A stretch of 64,000 nucleotides of DNA from Macrostomum hystrix (Eukaryota; Animalia; Platyhelminthes). Below are positions 27,378 through 39,622 of this stretch, in pieces. How positions within the stretch are numbered: position 1 is the stretch's first letter; every line of letters starts with the position of its first letter. A model generated the notes under the pieces. That model saw nothing but the letters and a program-made list of their open reading frames with translations. It searched no databases and had not been told where the DNA came from. The translations under genes were made by a program, and so were the position numbers. The stretch lies in contig CATNEN010000012.1 in NCBI GenBank assembly GCA_950097015.1, forward strand, positions 3,286,001-3,350,000, written 5' to 3'.

Positions 27378-27424
27378 GCCCTGCAGGCTGACTGTGTTGG
27401 ACCGGCTCTGGCATAAACTGACAT
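26867..27424 (-). CDS. Ly6/uPAR three-finger (Quiver-family-like) protein A with signal peptide and GPI signal, single coding exon, ~185 aa
   Basis: Leu-rich signal peptide, 10 Cys in the LU pattern (CxxC...CVK...RxC...GC...CxCxxDxCN) and a hydrophobic C-terminal tail. The ATG at 27424 is preferred because a TTGCAG acceptor lies 3 nt upstream. Clear paralog of 39110-39622. Confidence 0.9.
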
Positions 27425-28740
27425 AGCCTGCAATAGGTGAAACACATTTATATTAGTACCGATGCATCCCCATGCCGGCCCTCAGTCATACAGAGTTATA
27501 CGTTTCTATTTCAGTTCTAGATAGCAATACGAGACACAGATCATTACAACTGGACTAACATTCGAACTCAAGATGTCTCAGTAAGAAACTCCCTCACTAA
27601 ATTCAGCAGCTGAACCTATCGACTTGTATGCGCCAAACTATCCACAGTACTATGTGTATTTGAATGTACGATCATAGAGAATTTATGCAAGCAAGCCATA
27701 GTTATTAAAAGCAAACATTGAGTATGCTTTGTGCCATTATAAGAGGAGTTGCACTGCAGTAGGACTCTGACTCACATTTAACTCTGCAGTAAATGGAGGC
27801 AGTAGTCGCCAGAGCCAGTTGTCTAACCACATTCTATATTTAGTGCACCCCGGTTGACCCTATTTGTTCCCCTTACCTTAGTATAAAAACTATATGATAT
27901 TATGCGGAATACGGCACAAGCGTTTAATATACTCTGGAGCCAGCTTGGCTTTATAATAGTATAATCTGGTGTACAAGAATACACAATCAAGTAGGAACAA
28001 GGACGTCAAACTAAAAAACACCCAAAGCCTGATCTTATATGAAAATTTTGGAAAATTTGACGAAACATTTTTAGTCGGTTCGCAAGGCGTATGGGCGGCT
28101 TCCCTGAAAGAACTTTTTTCTGATCAGTTTCTGATCTATGGCCTAACTCGACTCGATTTAGTAAGGAATTATAACAGCCCCAAGAAACTTTTTTGACCAT
28201 TTCGGCTAAGGACTCGTTTCTTGACCGAGGCGCAGCTGAAATGGCCATAGACAACGTTTTTAAGTGATCTGGATCAGCCTGAATCCCCCCGAATGTTGTC
28301 TATGCCTCTATGGCAGTGAAGATTTTCTGAGAGGCCATAGACATATTGTTACTAGTGTGTGTCAAAAGCGAATTCACTTGGCTGTGCGCATCTAGCCCGT
28401 CGGAGTCTTTTATTTCCGACGACATGTACGAGAATGTCGTCTTCTATGTCGTAGAGAGTGCGCCAGAAAGCCAGAGTGCGGACGCTACAATATGATCACA
28501 AATGAAGAAATTGAATGATGGAACTCCTTGTCTAATGGACATGGCTATGACTTGCGTTGAAATGGGCAAAGCTGATCTGAACTAGCTCGTACAATCTGAC
28601 TGAAGTCCTTTCTATCTGAAGTGCGCAGGCAATGAAGAACCCGACCCGACGACACTCCGCATCGGCGTTAAGAGATCAGTCTTTGATGATACAGTAACTA
28701 TGAGTACTTTCCAAACATCATTAGCAGTAGAAAGGCAACG

Positions 28741-29539
28741 GGGGATATTTCAAATACCCACGTTTCTTTTTTCTGTATCTTCTAAATTTTTCAGCCTTTC
28801 GCCATGAAAATCTAGAACACAGACAAAAAAATCAATTTTTTCCAATGAAACAACTTCCAGAATCAAAAAAACGTCGGCATCGTCGAGTTATGCAACGATT
28901 TTCATCGGGGCAAAAAAACCAGGCATATAATTTCTGCTCACTAAATTTCATAATGTAACCATGTCGGCTTTTATTGCAAATCATTTTGTACCGATTATAT
29001 TGTTAATTTTTTGAACCATATGAAAGGATTCGCCATAGAAGTTCGTTGTCTTTGTCCCTAAAGTCTTCAACAATCGACGAGACGCTGAGCATCTCGACGA
29101 TACTAACGTCGGACGGCTTTGAAAGTTAGTTCATCGTGAAGCGCGGAAAATTTCGACTAATATGGTAGACTTTCAGGAAAATCGGTCATTCAGTTTTGAA
29201 GCTATCGTTTTGTAGTCAGTGGGTATTTGAATACTTGCGCCGGCCTGGCCCGTCCAAGTGAGCTGCTGCGACTTCGGCGACTCCAGCTGGCAGGCCACAT
29301 CATCCGCGCCGAGTCCTACTGCCCGCAGCCGGTGCAGGAGGTGCTGCTGCCTGGCGCGGCCAGGCCCGAACTCGGCGTTTCGTCGACTGCCTGCTGGCCG
29401 ATGCTGGCGCCCCGGACACTGCCGGCGGTGCGGTCTTTGTTCGCGCCCAGGCTCTGAAGCGTGCACTGTGACGCTGCCTTTTCCACCTGACAGCGTACTT
29501 TGTTGTTGTTGTTGTTGTTGTTGTATTTGAAATAGCCCC
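28741..29539. mobile_element. MITE with 21-bp TIRs, right TIR interrupted by a LINE fragment
   Basis: Left end GGGGATATTTCAAATACCCAC (28741-28761). The right end rebuilt after removing the LINE insert is GTGGGTATTTGAAATAGCCCC, the reverse complement with 1 mismatch. No clear TSD, so superfamily not assigned. Confidence 0.7.
29232..29522 (+). mobile_element. 5'-truncated non-LTR retrotransposon (RTE-like) 3' fragment with (TTG)n tail
   Basis: Translates to ELLRLRRLQLAGHIIR... then, after a frameshift, RGQARTRRFVDCLLADAG...*, a typical LINE ORF C-terminus. Ends in (TTG)n. Flanked by the 9-bp duplication GTATTTGAA (29223-29231 and 29523-29531). Confidence 0.8.
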
Positions 29540-32500
29540 GTGTCGATCGTGGTGTGATTATGTGGCTTATTGGCAAGCACTTCGCGTTGCTTTTTGACTG
29601 CTCAGTATTGAGTTTCTAAGATTATGCAGCAATCGATCACGGCAAATAATTGAATCTTGCATGGAGATAACAGCAGAACGTTTCTAAAAAAATTACTGCA
29701 AAAAGTTCCACTGGACAGTGGTCTCGGAAGACATTATCTCTGTGCTGCTGCCGTGTGTGTTTCTTTCATGTTATAATTGCAACCTCCTTGATTATGCTAA
29801 TATATTATGCAAACCTGGTAAATTAAACTTTGACTTAATATTGTTTATTCAGAGAGCATGTATATAGAGAGACGACAGGAAATACTTTGGATTGAAAACT
29901 GATATTTTCTGGTTCAATACCAGAGCAACAAACAAACGTTTGACCAGTTGCACTTACACAATATCTGTGCTAATCGGAACTCGCTTGCCGAAAACTATAT
30001 AATATTTGAATTTCCCATGATGACATTGCTAAAAAGTTAACTAACCTTCTGAGTTGAGTCGAGTTGTTAAGTAAGAAACCGTTTTAAAAGTCGGCGCAAC
30101 AAATTCTGAGTCCTGAGCGCTTCCAAGTGTGCAAAGGTATTGGCGATGGATCTCGGGGAGCTATGGTTGCAGAAAATATTAAAACAAAAGACTTTTATCC
30201 AGCCTGCTGGCTTAGTAAAACTGCTACTTGGCTTCTCTGGCGTCAAACTCTATATGCTATCAAGAATGCATGCCGTATTGGTTTGACCTGGGCTTGAATG
30301 GGTAGACAGAAATAAATAAAAAGTGAGGGAGGCAGGCAAAGAGAAAGAGAACGAGAAGAACTCTATTGGGCAGTCGGGTGTTTGAGGCAGTTTTTTGCAC
30401 TTTAGCAGAGCATAGTCTCAGATGATCCACATTGAGCCGGTTTTTGTGTGCTGCAGGGTGTGTGAGCTGTTGACTTGTGTAGCTGCGCATAGTCATTTAA
30501 TTGAGACTGGCCTGGCCTAGCTATGAGCATCACATTTTCTAAGATTTCAAATATAATTGACACAGATGCTGTAATTTAAAAAGGACATCCTCTACTACGC
30601 TCGTATCTGAAAAAAACAATTTTACCCTGTAAATTTAAAGATTGCTTGCTTAGGTTCTCCATCTGTTTGCTCATAGCTTAATTTTGCACTGTTAAAACTT
30701 TGGTACTACTCGGTTATTTGAACAGAAATCACCAAATCACAACGGTACTAAAATTATTCTTTAGATCGGACATTCATAATGTAAACAAATTCTATTCGTT
30801 TGCATATGTACTCGTAACAACACTGCACCGTTAGTCGGGATTATTCAAACGGCTGACCGTATATATTAAGAAACTTTTGATCGGGCCAAATAGATAAATA
30901 TGTAAATTAATGCAAATAAATTAAATCACACAAGAACCGACAAAACAATGTGATAAAACCTGGATATGGCTCAATCTGAGTTATGAAAATACCACGATGC
31001 TGATCCCAAGGTGGAAGGGATACCCGAGGCACCCAAACCTAGTGATGCTTGGTAGAGGAGTTGTGGTGCGATTGGCCAAGGTCCCATTGTGTATTCCAAT
31101 TCTTGCCACGAGTTTTAGGGTAGAGACTACCTAGAGTACTTCTGCCACCACCGTTTGTGGTTCTAGACTCCATAACAGTCTACAACCTACCGACGCAGGG
31201 GACCCAGTTGCTATACGACTAGTTGCTTCGACTAGACCGGAAAGGGAGAGAATAATGACCGCTAGAGGGACTCTAATACTGCTGTAAGTCCTGGTCAAGT
31301 GCTGGAAGCTTGGTCTTTCGCATAGGGGGTTCTTTTGTACTTTACGACGCTCCTAATTCAGCTGGGGTCCTTTCTATATACAATCCTTTTATACAAGGTC
31401 TGTGCCGCGCTTCACTGGTGAATCCCTAGCCTTTCAATGGAGCCTTTCACCCGCGCCAGCTTTAGGAACCTGCGAGATTTCAAGTGACGAATATAACATA
31501 AGGGAAGCCTTTCAGTCCAAAATACAACGTTCACGAAAGAGTGTAACCATTGCCGGAAGTTTTTTTAGGCTTTCTGTTAAGCACATGTTAGATGGCACAC
31601 CGGTGCGTTAAGACATTTATACTTCATGAGGTACGAACTATAATATTTCGCTACATCAAAGAATCGAATTCAGGTCAATGAAATTTAACCTAGCGTAGCA
31701 CCGAAGTGTGATAAGACGAGTATAGAGAAGTCTTTTTCTTCTCCATAAATTATTTTTTTACAAAAAACTTTTACGTATTGTTTGTTAGTTTGTTGCGTTG
31801 AGAAGCAAAACGTAAATTCAAATCACGGAAGTGTAATAAAAGAGTATGTCGAAGGCCGCGTTCAAATCTTCTGATATTCGAACCTTGGTGCAAACTGCCG
31901 AATCAGCGCGAACTCTTATTGATTGACTATATTTATTTTATTACAAATTTGATATCATCGTTAAAACAAATTTATAACAATTAAAAAGCAATCGATTATA
32001 AATACAAAAGGTAACACGTTGCAATATAAAAAATGGCATAAATATAAAAAGTCGTACATTTAAAATGAGTACCTAGGAATATTACAGAAGTTGAGCACTA
32101 TTCTTCGAACCATTCAGTTGATACCCATGGGGTGCGTTCGAGTTGTGACGTTGTCTCTCTAATTTAATGTAATTTTAATATGCTATTTCTAATTAAGTGC
32201 ATTATTTTCGTTAGCTATATTTGTTAGGGATATTTCTTCGGTTTTCCATATATATTTATAATGGTTTTGTTTTAGTGTACTACATAGTCGTAGTTCGTAT
32301 TCAATTGTGCTAATTAGGCCTTTCCAGGAAGGCTCCCAACCCCCCTGGTTCTGGTTCTACGACTGAGTGCTGGCTATTATTTAAGTGTGGCTAATTTCAA
32401 CTGTAGCCGTAACTACTTTCAAGTGAATCTTGATATATCTCTATATGTCTCTAAGTAACATATCTCTAAGTCATATAGCCAGCATTCACCGTTAAGCGAT

Positions 32501-34529
32501 CTCGTTATTTGAAGACCCAATTTACTGCCGAATAATAATTTACCTTACTGCTATTCAAATAGACCGAACCGCTACGCCTATACATTGGGACCGAAACTTC
32601 GTCATAGAGTAGCTTAAAATGGGTAAAGTGCAAAACCTTACCCAGCTTTTCGAGTAAAACCTTACCCGAGAAAAAACAGGGAATTCGATGAGGAAAATCG
32701 GGTGTAAGTACCTTATACGATAAAACTGTAAACTGGCAAAATTCTGATCTATTTTTGGAAAAGAAAATTACTTTTAAGTGTCCTTAAAGGCCAGGTAATA
32801 CTTTACCCGAAAAGCTTACCCGAACTTACCCGTGCCTTACCCGGGTTAGTTTGCCTCAGAAATGAAATATGCAATATAACTTTCCTTCCTCCTTCATATA
32901 GAGCAAACTCAGGAGAGACTGTCTTTAAATAAAAAAGTTGTTTAAAGTTACCTTAAAATGACTTAAAGTAGGCCTAAACTTAAACTGCAGTTTATGTTCA
33001 TTTTTACCTCTTTAATAAAACAAAAGCTAAACAGACTAAATGTCGAAATAAAGTAAAAAGATTGAAGCTGAATGATTAAGTAGAATAAAAGAATAATTAT
33101 GAACTGAATATGGCCATCAACCATGAACATTTGTAGCTAGTACGTTAATACGTATATGTAGGTTAGTAAGTACATACATCTAGTTCTCCTGTACATGTCA
33201 TGGACAAATGAAAAACAATTTATAACCCACTTTTTATATTGTCGTATTAGCCAAAATTCACTTTCTTACGTGGGTTAAAGTTAGGCTACCTTTTTACTAG
33301 GAACTTTTGCCTATAATGTTTTTTAATTAGCTTGGACCAATGTAAGAACCGAAAACATGATATTATCATTAATTTAGTAACTCCTAAAAGAGCTTTTCTT
33401 TTGTTCCTACATGCTTAATATCAGCAGGAGATATACTTGATATCATTAAAAAATTTAATTTGGTGCTTAGCTAGCTGGCTATACTTTCTTATATCACTAT
33501 GTTATTTAGGTGCCCATTGTCCTTTTATGCATTTAAGGTTCAACAAAAGCTATTTTATATTATACTAAAACGTTTTTCCTAACCTAATATACTAGATCTA
33601 ATATATTTAGATGTATTTATTATTAAGAGTGATTTAAGCAGTGATGGGCACTAATAATAGCCTAGTATTAAAAAGGGCAGTGCTTATCCCCACGGTACCG
33701 TAGAAATAATTTTTGTCTTATTCCTACGGTACCGTGGGAATAATTTCCTGCTTATCCGCATGGGGCACTGACGAGATAGCTGTCCTATCTTCAACATATT
33801 CCGTGGGAATAATTTCCTGCTTATCCGCACAGCACACTGACGAGATAGCTGTCCTATCATCTATCTTTTTATCATGACTGCAATTTTCCTTTTTTCTTCT
33901 GGTTTTTAAAAGCAAGTAAACAAATTAAAGTTTTCTGCTTTTTTTCGCAATTAGTTAACCAATACGGTGGCTTTTTTAAGTAGATAGGACAGCTATCTAG
34001 TTGTTTTTATTTCTTTGAAAATATATTATAATAACAAATTTTCCTTTTTAGATAGGGCCTATGTAATACAATTGCTGAAAAATAGCCTTTTAACTTTTTT
34101 GGCCTAGTGTGCTTGTAAAATCTTAACATATTTAAATTATTTTGTTGTTTTTGTTATTATTCTCTATTTAGTACAGTTCAGTGTGCTATGAAACAGCTCT
34201 AATGGTTCATAAGAACTGAATCAACTGTTCCCAAGTTCCAGGAAAGGAAAGCCAGATAGGTCTTAAGTTCACACAGAAGGTCCATGCATTTAACTACATG
34301 GCTCTACAATATTAGATGAGTTGTCTATGCTCAACTATCAGAACTTTTGTAAGTTTTGTAAGTGCATTTTTGGGAGAAAGTGAATATTTTCTGTTTATTA
34401 GAAACTAAAGACCTTTACTTCCTCTACTGCACAGCCTCCTTTATTTGTCCATGCAACATACATTGCTGTGTTTCCTTGCAGATCTCAAAGTCTAATAAAA
34501 AAGAAAAATAATTGCAAGGGGCTATAGGC

Positions 34530-34770
34530 ACTGGCACATCATTTGGTGACACTAGACCACATTGGCTGCCAACAAGGAGGCAATTCTACCCATTTTGCTG
34601 ACTCCTGAGCACAAACGCAAACAGATACTATTAATAAAAACAATAAAACAATATCTTTTTCATTTAATTTAATAAACTTGAAAATACTGTAAGCAGACAG
34701 GTTACAAGCAGGTGTATACAAATTCCCTGACTTTCTCATTGTCAGGCAGCATACACTGTCACTGGGCCTC
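34530..34770 (-). mobile_element. SINE fragment, same family as 57504-57886
   Basis: Shares CAAGGAGGCAATTCT...GCTGACTCCTGAGCAC and CAGGTGT...GACTTTCTCATTGTCAGGCAG with 62570-62895, with an AT-rich interruption. Confidence 0.7.
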
Positions 34771-37199
34771 AAAGTCTTTATTGTCTGTTTTTTTTTTCCA
34801 GATTGTGAGTATGTGGCTTTTTTAAGACCATTCAATTTCCATGCAAAATTTTCTGCATATATGATTGTCACAAATATTTATGAAACTTTTTGTTTTTGTT
34901 TTGTTCATTAAATTAATTAGAATAGCATTAGGACTCATTAAAATATACATTCAGTCTATTTTAAACTCTTTGCATACTACTTTAGGTAGAATTATATGCT
35001 TCTTTGCTGAACAAACTCTCTCTGAATGCATGATTCTGTCTTGTGCATTTATATTGCAGAAGTATTGACCTTTATAAGCTCACTAATGCCTTTGTTCATG
35101 AAGTTTATTATATATTTGATTAGCACACCTACACAGTAAACATATGGAGTTTGTTAACCTGTCCTTCTTTATAACTTACATGGCATTTATAAAGCTCAGT
35201 TCAGTCAGAAGACCTATGTAAACAGTAGACGAAACTATTCTGCTTACTTTGCATGCAAATTCGCCCATTGCTAATTCTTTGTCTTAGATTACTTCTGTAT
35301 AACTTTAATGTTATTTAGATCTCTTAAAAACACATCGACAGGTTGAAAAAGAATAATCAGAAAGAAGCTAGATTGTTCGCTGTTGAACTAAAGCTTAAAT
35401 TACCTTCTAAATTTAATGGAAAGACTCCACAATCATCATGCCATTTCGTGTGTTATTGTGGTTTAAGCCTAGTGGTTAAGGCATTGGACTGTGGCGTCCC
35501 CCCAGTCCATGGACTGAACAGCTGTACGCAGCCTTCAAATGTGCCCGCAATAGCTACGGCTGTGCTGTCAGCTGCACATCTGATCCATTTGTGGCAGGTG
35601 TAATCAATTATGTTTATTAAAGTTATTAGGGTCCTGTTCATGTATCATTGTACTGAAGATGACGATTTTAGTGAAAATGATTTAAATAAGTGTTTTTTCA
35701 AAGGTAACAACATGCATGCATAAGTAGATGCTTGAACTCCACAGCAAAGCTTGATAGTAAACATGCGTCATTACATCAATAATTTCGTTGATAGATGTAA
35801 ATTTTTGTTATAATTTGTAGAATCAGCAGACAAAAGTACAAAAAGCATGTGTGCTTTTCTCTCCGCCTCCTTGGCCAAAATTTTCTATCGACCATCGGCA
35901 TCACCTCGGGCGACCTCATGGATGGTGTTTGGTCATAATTGTTATGCATATTGCTTTTCAAGAAGTGTCAGTGTTTCATTAGTCTAACTTCAGCTCGTGA
36001 TACCTTAGATAATGTCCATGCTTCGTGCAATGCCTAGTTTATTTGTGCATTGAAGTCTGGCGTTAGTGGCGCATTGAAATTGTGGGTAAAGTTTTCCTTA
36101 TTGTAGTTCGACTGTGCTCAACAAAATAGAGCCCCTACTCAACCTGACTTGAACAGACAGCAGATTGACTAGCTGTCTGCTGACCGAACAGTTAACAATG
36201 CTTTTGGGGGTAATGTGACGCAAATAAAGCTAGAAAATAATGTGGCAGAACAAAAGAGATATCGTTTGGGGGGGCAGAAAAAGTAAGATTAACCATTTTT
36301 AATGAGTAAGTTCTAGAAAAAAAGCTTCTTTTTTTCTTTAAACTAGATACCTTTCGTCCCAGACCCCTGGCCGACCAAATTTCTCTGTAAACGATGCTTT
36401 GAGTTGGCCCGAGATGCTTTGCAGCAACTCGATAACTTTTCACTGAGAAGTATATTCAGGCCGGATAGAGAACACTCACTGTATTTCAATTTAGCTAGCT
36501 GACTGCAGTTAGAGTTTTTATAATAAGCCCTGTCTAACAGGGTTGGAAGAGTAGTCCTGCACCCATTGTTTCATTTAACTTTAGAAAACTGCGCCCTATC
36601 CATTGCGTATTTTCTGCCTGGAGTGTTAAAAAGATCTGTGAGCCAGACTGTACAGACACTACACTCCCCTCTGGCCATACACGTACCACCCCAGAAGAAC
36701 TGTTTTGATTCGGTTCAGATGTGGAGCAAATCATTTTCTAGGCATATAAAAGTGCATGCAAAAACTGTCAATCGGCTGCTCCAACACTAAGCTTTTGAAC
36801 TCAAACCGGTGGATTACTTGGCGTTCCACATTCTTAAAATAAGCTTAACAGCGCAATCAGGAGAGACAATAAGTAAGCACGCCTTCTTTACTAAAAACTC
36901 TAACCCCTTTCTTTAAAGAGTGAGAAGACAACGAGTCCTCTGGTTGAGTCGTTTGGAAATAGTGTCCCTCTTGGCACGAAACGCAGGTCAGTATTTTTTT
37001 AAACTTCAGCTGCAAAAGCATCCTCACTTATATAGTTTCATATTTTCACTTAAATACACGGATTTCCCCAGCACAATAACTGATGGCGCAAAGGATTTAG
37101 GCAAACAAAAGTCCAAAGCAGACGATTTAGATACTGACAGATATGAAGAGACTATGACTCATGCATTATCAAACTGCAAAAATTCGGAATACACTTCTA

Positions 37200-37767
37200 C
37201 TATCTAAAAATGAAAGCTAGAAAAAACCAAGTAGCAAAAATGTTCATCAGATCTGAGTTTAGGCCACCGCCAGAGTTGCAGACATTGTCCCGGCAGAAGC
37301 ACATGAATCCTCTACCGCTTCGCGACTCATAGATGCACACAGACGCTGTTTGAATAAAACGCAGGTCCAGGCTTGTTGAACAGGTCCTCACTATGCTACT
37401 AGTCCTGCCTTTTATTTAACGGAGAATCCGGTTCGCTGGTATTTAAAACTCCATTCCAATTACACGCTTAAATTTGAGTTATTAAGCAGTTTACCTTATC
37501 ATCGGTTAAAAGAATGCGTGCCAGATTGTAATCAACACTTTTGACTGTACAATACCTCACCTGTCGCAGAGGTCCTGACCCACTTGACGCAGTGACCGTC
37601 ACATGGGACAGTGCTCATGTTGCCGTTCTCGGCTCTAGCCGCCATCCCATCTTGAACGATCGATCGCTTTAGCTCCTTGAGTAGCCTAGCGTCAAATGGG
37701 TCGCCACATTTACTCCATGCCGAATCGCCAAGTTCTGTGCTGCACTGGATGCAGCTGATGCCCTTTC
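37200..37767 (-). CDS. qvr: Quiver/sleepless-like Ly6 protein, last two coding exons (37767-37561 and 37408-37200); signal-peptide exon not located
   Basis: GT-AG intron in matching phase 1. The joined peptide ISCIQC...KCGDPF...VPCDGHCVKWVR...VRTCSTSL...VCIYESRSGRGFMCFCRDNVCN plus a hydrophobic tail matches the Quiver signature (C.DPF, C.G.CVK.VR, VC..ES..G.MCFC..D.CN). Confidence 0.85.
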
Positions 37768-39109
37768 CTGAATGGAGTACGGATGGTACAGTTACAGTTA
37801 CGGTTGTAACTGTACGAGTAAATCGGCCTGACTTGACTTAGCTGCAGGGTGCATCGGTCCGAGCGGATGCAGCGCGGAGGCGGAGAATTCCGCGAGCCCC
37901 TGGCTAACTCGGGAAATCCTATTACTCTTAACGGGGCACTCTAAACAAACCAAGCTCATATCAGCAGACAAACCAATAGTCTTACAATCATGGAAATCGC
38001 ATGGAAGTGTTCATTGTAAGCGCTTACTTTGGCAATACTCCTCCGGATCAGATGTGCAGACAAATATCGTCTGCAGTAGTGTCTGACACGTGACTGAAAA
38101 TAATAGATGTTATAATATAACTTTCAAATTTACCAACGATAAGATCTTATAAAAACTATTGATGCTCACCGGCTATAAAAAGTTTAGCGCAGCCTGTACC
38201 ACTGACTCGCATCGGGATTAATTCAAGCAAAAGGAATGGAATAAAGAGGCGTGATCAGATAATTGACTGTCCGAAGAAATGAGTGTTTATCTCAGTATTT
38301 CCTTTCACAACGGTCTCCTTACCGACTTATCGTATTTTTGCTAATCCAAATAAATACGGTCAGGGCCCGTCTTCGCCTTTGGTCCGTAAATGTGCAGCCA
38401 GTTCGTAACCTCTGCAGGTCCTCTTCCTGGCTCCCAGCCCGCATCTGTTGGCCAGTGTGAAAGTGTAGGGAAAAGAATCGGATGTGCGCTGTTCGTTAGA
38501 GTGGAGAGTCTGTGGAGGGAAAAAAGAAGCCGGACAGAAAAGCGGCTGCTTTACGAACAAGAGTGGGCGAGGGAAGGGAATGCAGACGTATTGAAGGAGC
38601 AGGATCAATGGTCCGGTACAGTGCACAGAAGTTTTATTTCCTATTATGTAGAAGCAGGCTTCACTAAAAAATACAAAATTGGTGGTATGGTACCAGCCAG
38701 AAAGCCTGCATCTCTCTTTGTCGCAATTTTAACTTGGCACCGGTCCTTGGAGGTTTTTTCTACAGAGACCCCAATTTTTTCTGGACTACTGATGAATGTG
38801 GAATAAATACAGACTCGTAGCTTGGGATAATACAACTGACTTAGGCAAATGTCATCTTCCATCTGTGTGCCGCCTTTCAGCCTGGGATTGCGTTTTTGCA
38901 CAATTAACAAAAAAGTAACGAGCAATTAACTAATTATGCGACCTATTTTAGACGTGCTAGACTTATGATCATGTCCATATTCTGCAGACATTATGCATTG
39001 CATTGTATTGAGTAAGATCCCAATTTTTAAAAAATTCAGAAAAAATATACATGTTCCGCATTTTGTTAATGGCGTTGAAAATTAACGCATTTTCGTTTAC
39101 CTTGCAGCC

Positions 39110-39622
39110 ATGCCAACATCCATCAGCACTAGAGTGATCGCGCTTCTGTTTCTACTGTTGCAACTGTTTAGCGGCAGTTGCCACGCCTCGTCAAAGTGCT
39201 TCACCTGTGATAACTATTTCGAGTTGAATTTTCGCAACTTTGACAAGACAAGCAAGGCGGAGGCACTGAAGCGCTACTGCAGTATTGACTCGTTTCTCAC
39301 CGACGACAATCATGCTCACTGCGAAGGCCTCGACTATGACGGCTGCGTGAAGATTGTCACCCGGTCATATCGCTACCACATCGACCAGCAGGGCATTGGC
39401 TTGCGGTCGCCGGAGACTCTCATTGCCACCGTGGTCACTCGCGACTGTGCCGACATTCCAGCCGGCATGGGACCCGGCTGCCACATGCTGTACGGAGCTG
39501 GCACCACAACGGAGATGTGCTACTGCAAGGAGGACTATTGCAATGCCGCTGGAAGGCTGCGACAGAGCTGGGTGCTGCTGCTGCCGCTGTTGTTGCTTTT
39601 GCTTAGTTTATTTCGCGTTTAG
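39110..39622 (+). CDS. Ly6/uPAR three-finger (Quiver-family-like) protein B with signal peptide and GPI signal, single coding exon, 170 aa
   Basis: Signal peptide, 10-Cys LU domain ending CYCKEDYCN, hydrophobic tail. Shares DYDGCVKIVTRSYRYHIDQ and GMGPGCHMLYGAGTTTEMCYCK exactly with protein A. Confidence 0.9.
   Translation: MPTSISTRVIALLFLLLQLFSGSCHASSKCFTCDNYFELNFRNFDKTSKAEALKRYCSIDSFLTDDNHAHCEGLDYDGCVKIVTRSYRYHIDQQGIGLRSPETLIATVVTRDCADIPAGMGPGCHMLYGAGTTTEMCYCKEDYCNAAGRLRQSWVLLLPLLLLLLSLFRV

Noticed and set aside
26630-33860. Hammerhead-like starts CTGATGA-GTAC..GTAC (26634) and CTGACGA-GATAG..CTATC (near 33768 and 33837)
   Set aside because: The stem after the core is not followed by GAAA, so the catalytic core is incomplete.
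35455-35530. tRNA-like GCCTAGTGGTTAAGGCATTGGACT
   Set aside because: No T-arm/B-box or acceptor stem. At most a decayed SINE head.
35776-36790. Several short minus-strand ORFs with protein-like composition
   Set aside because: No recognisable domain or consistent splice chain. A broken GRPR.RW-like stretch hints at an old LINE but is too weak to call.
38390-38806. 138-aa plus-strand ORF between qvr and Ly6-B
   Set aside because: GTG start, no recognisable motif and no splice support.
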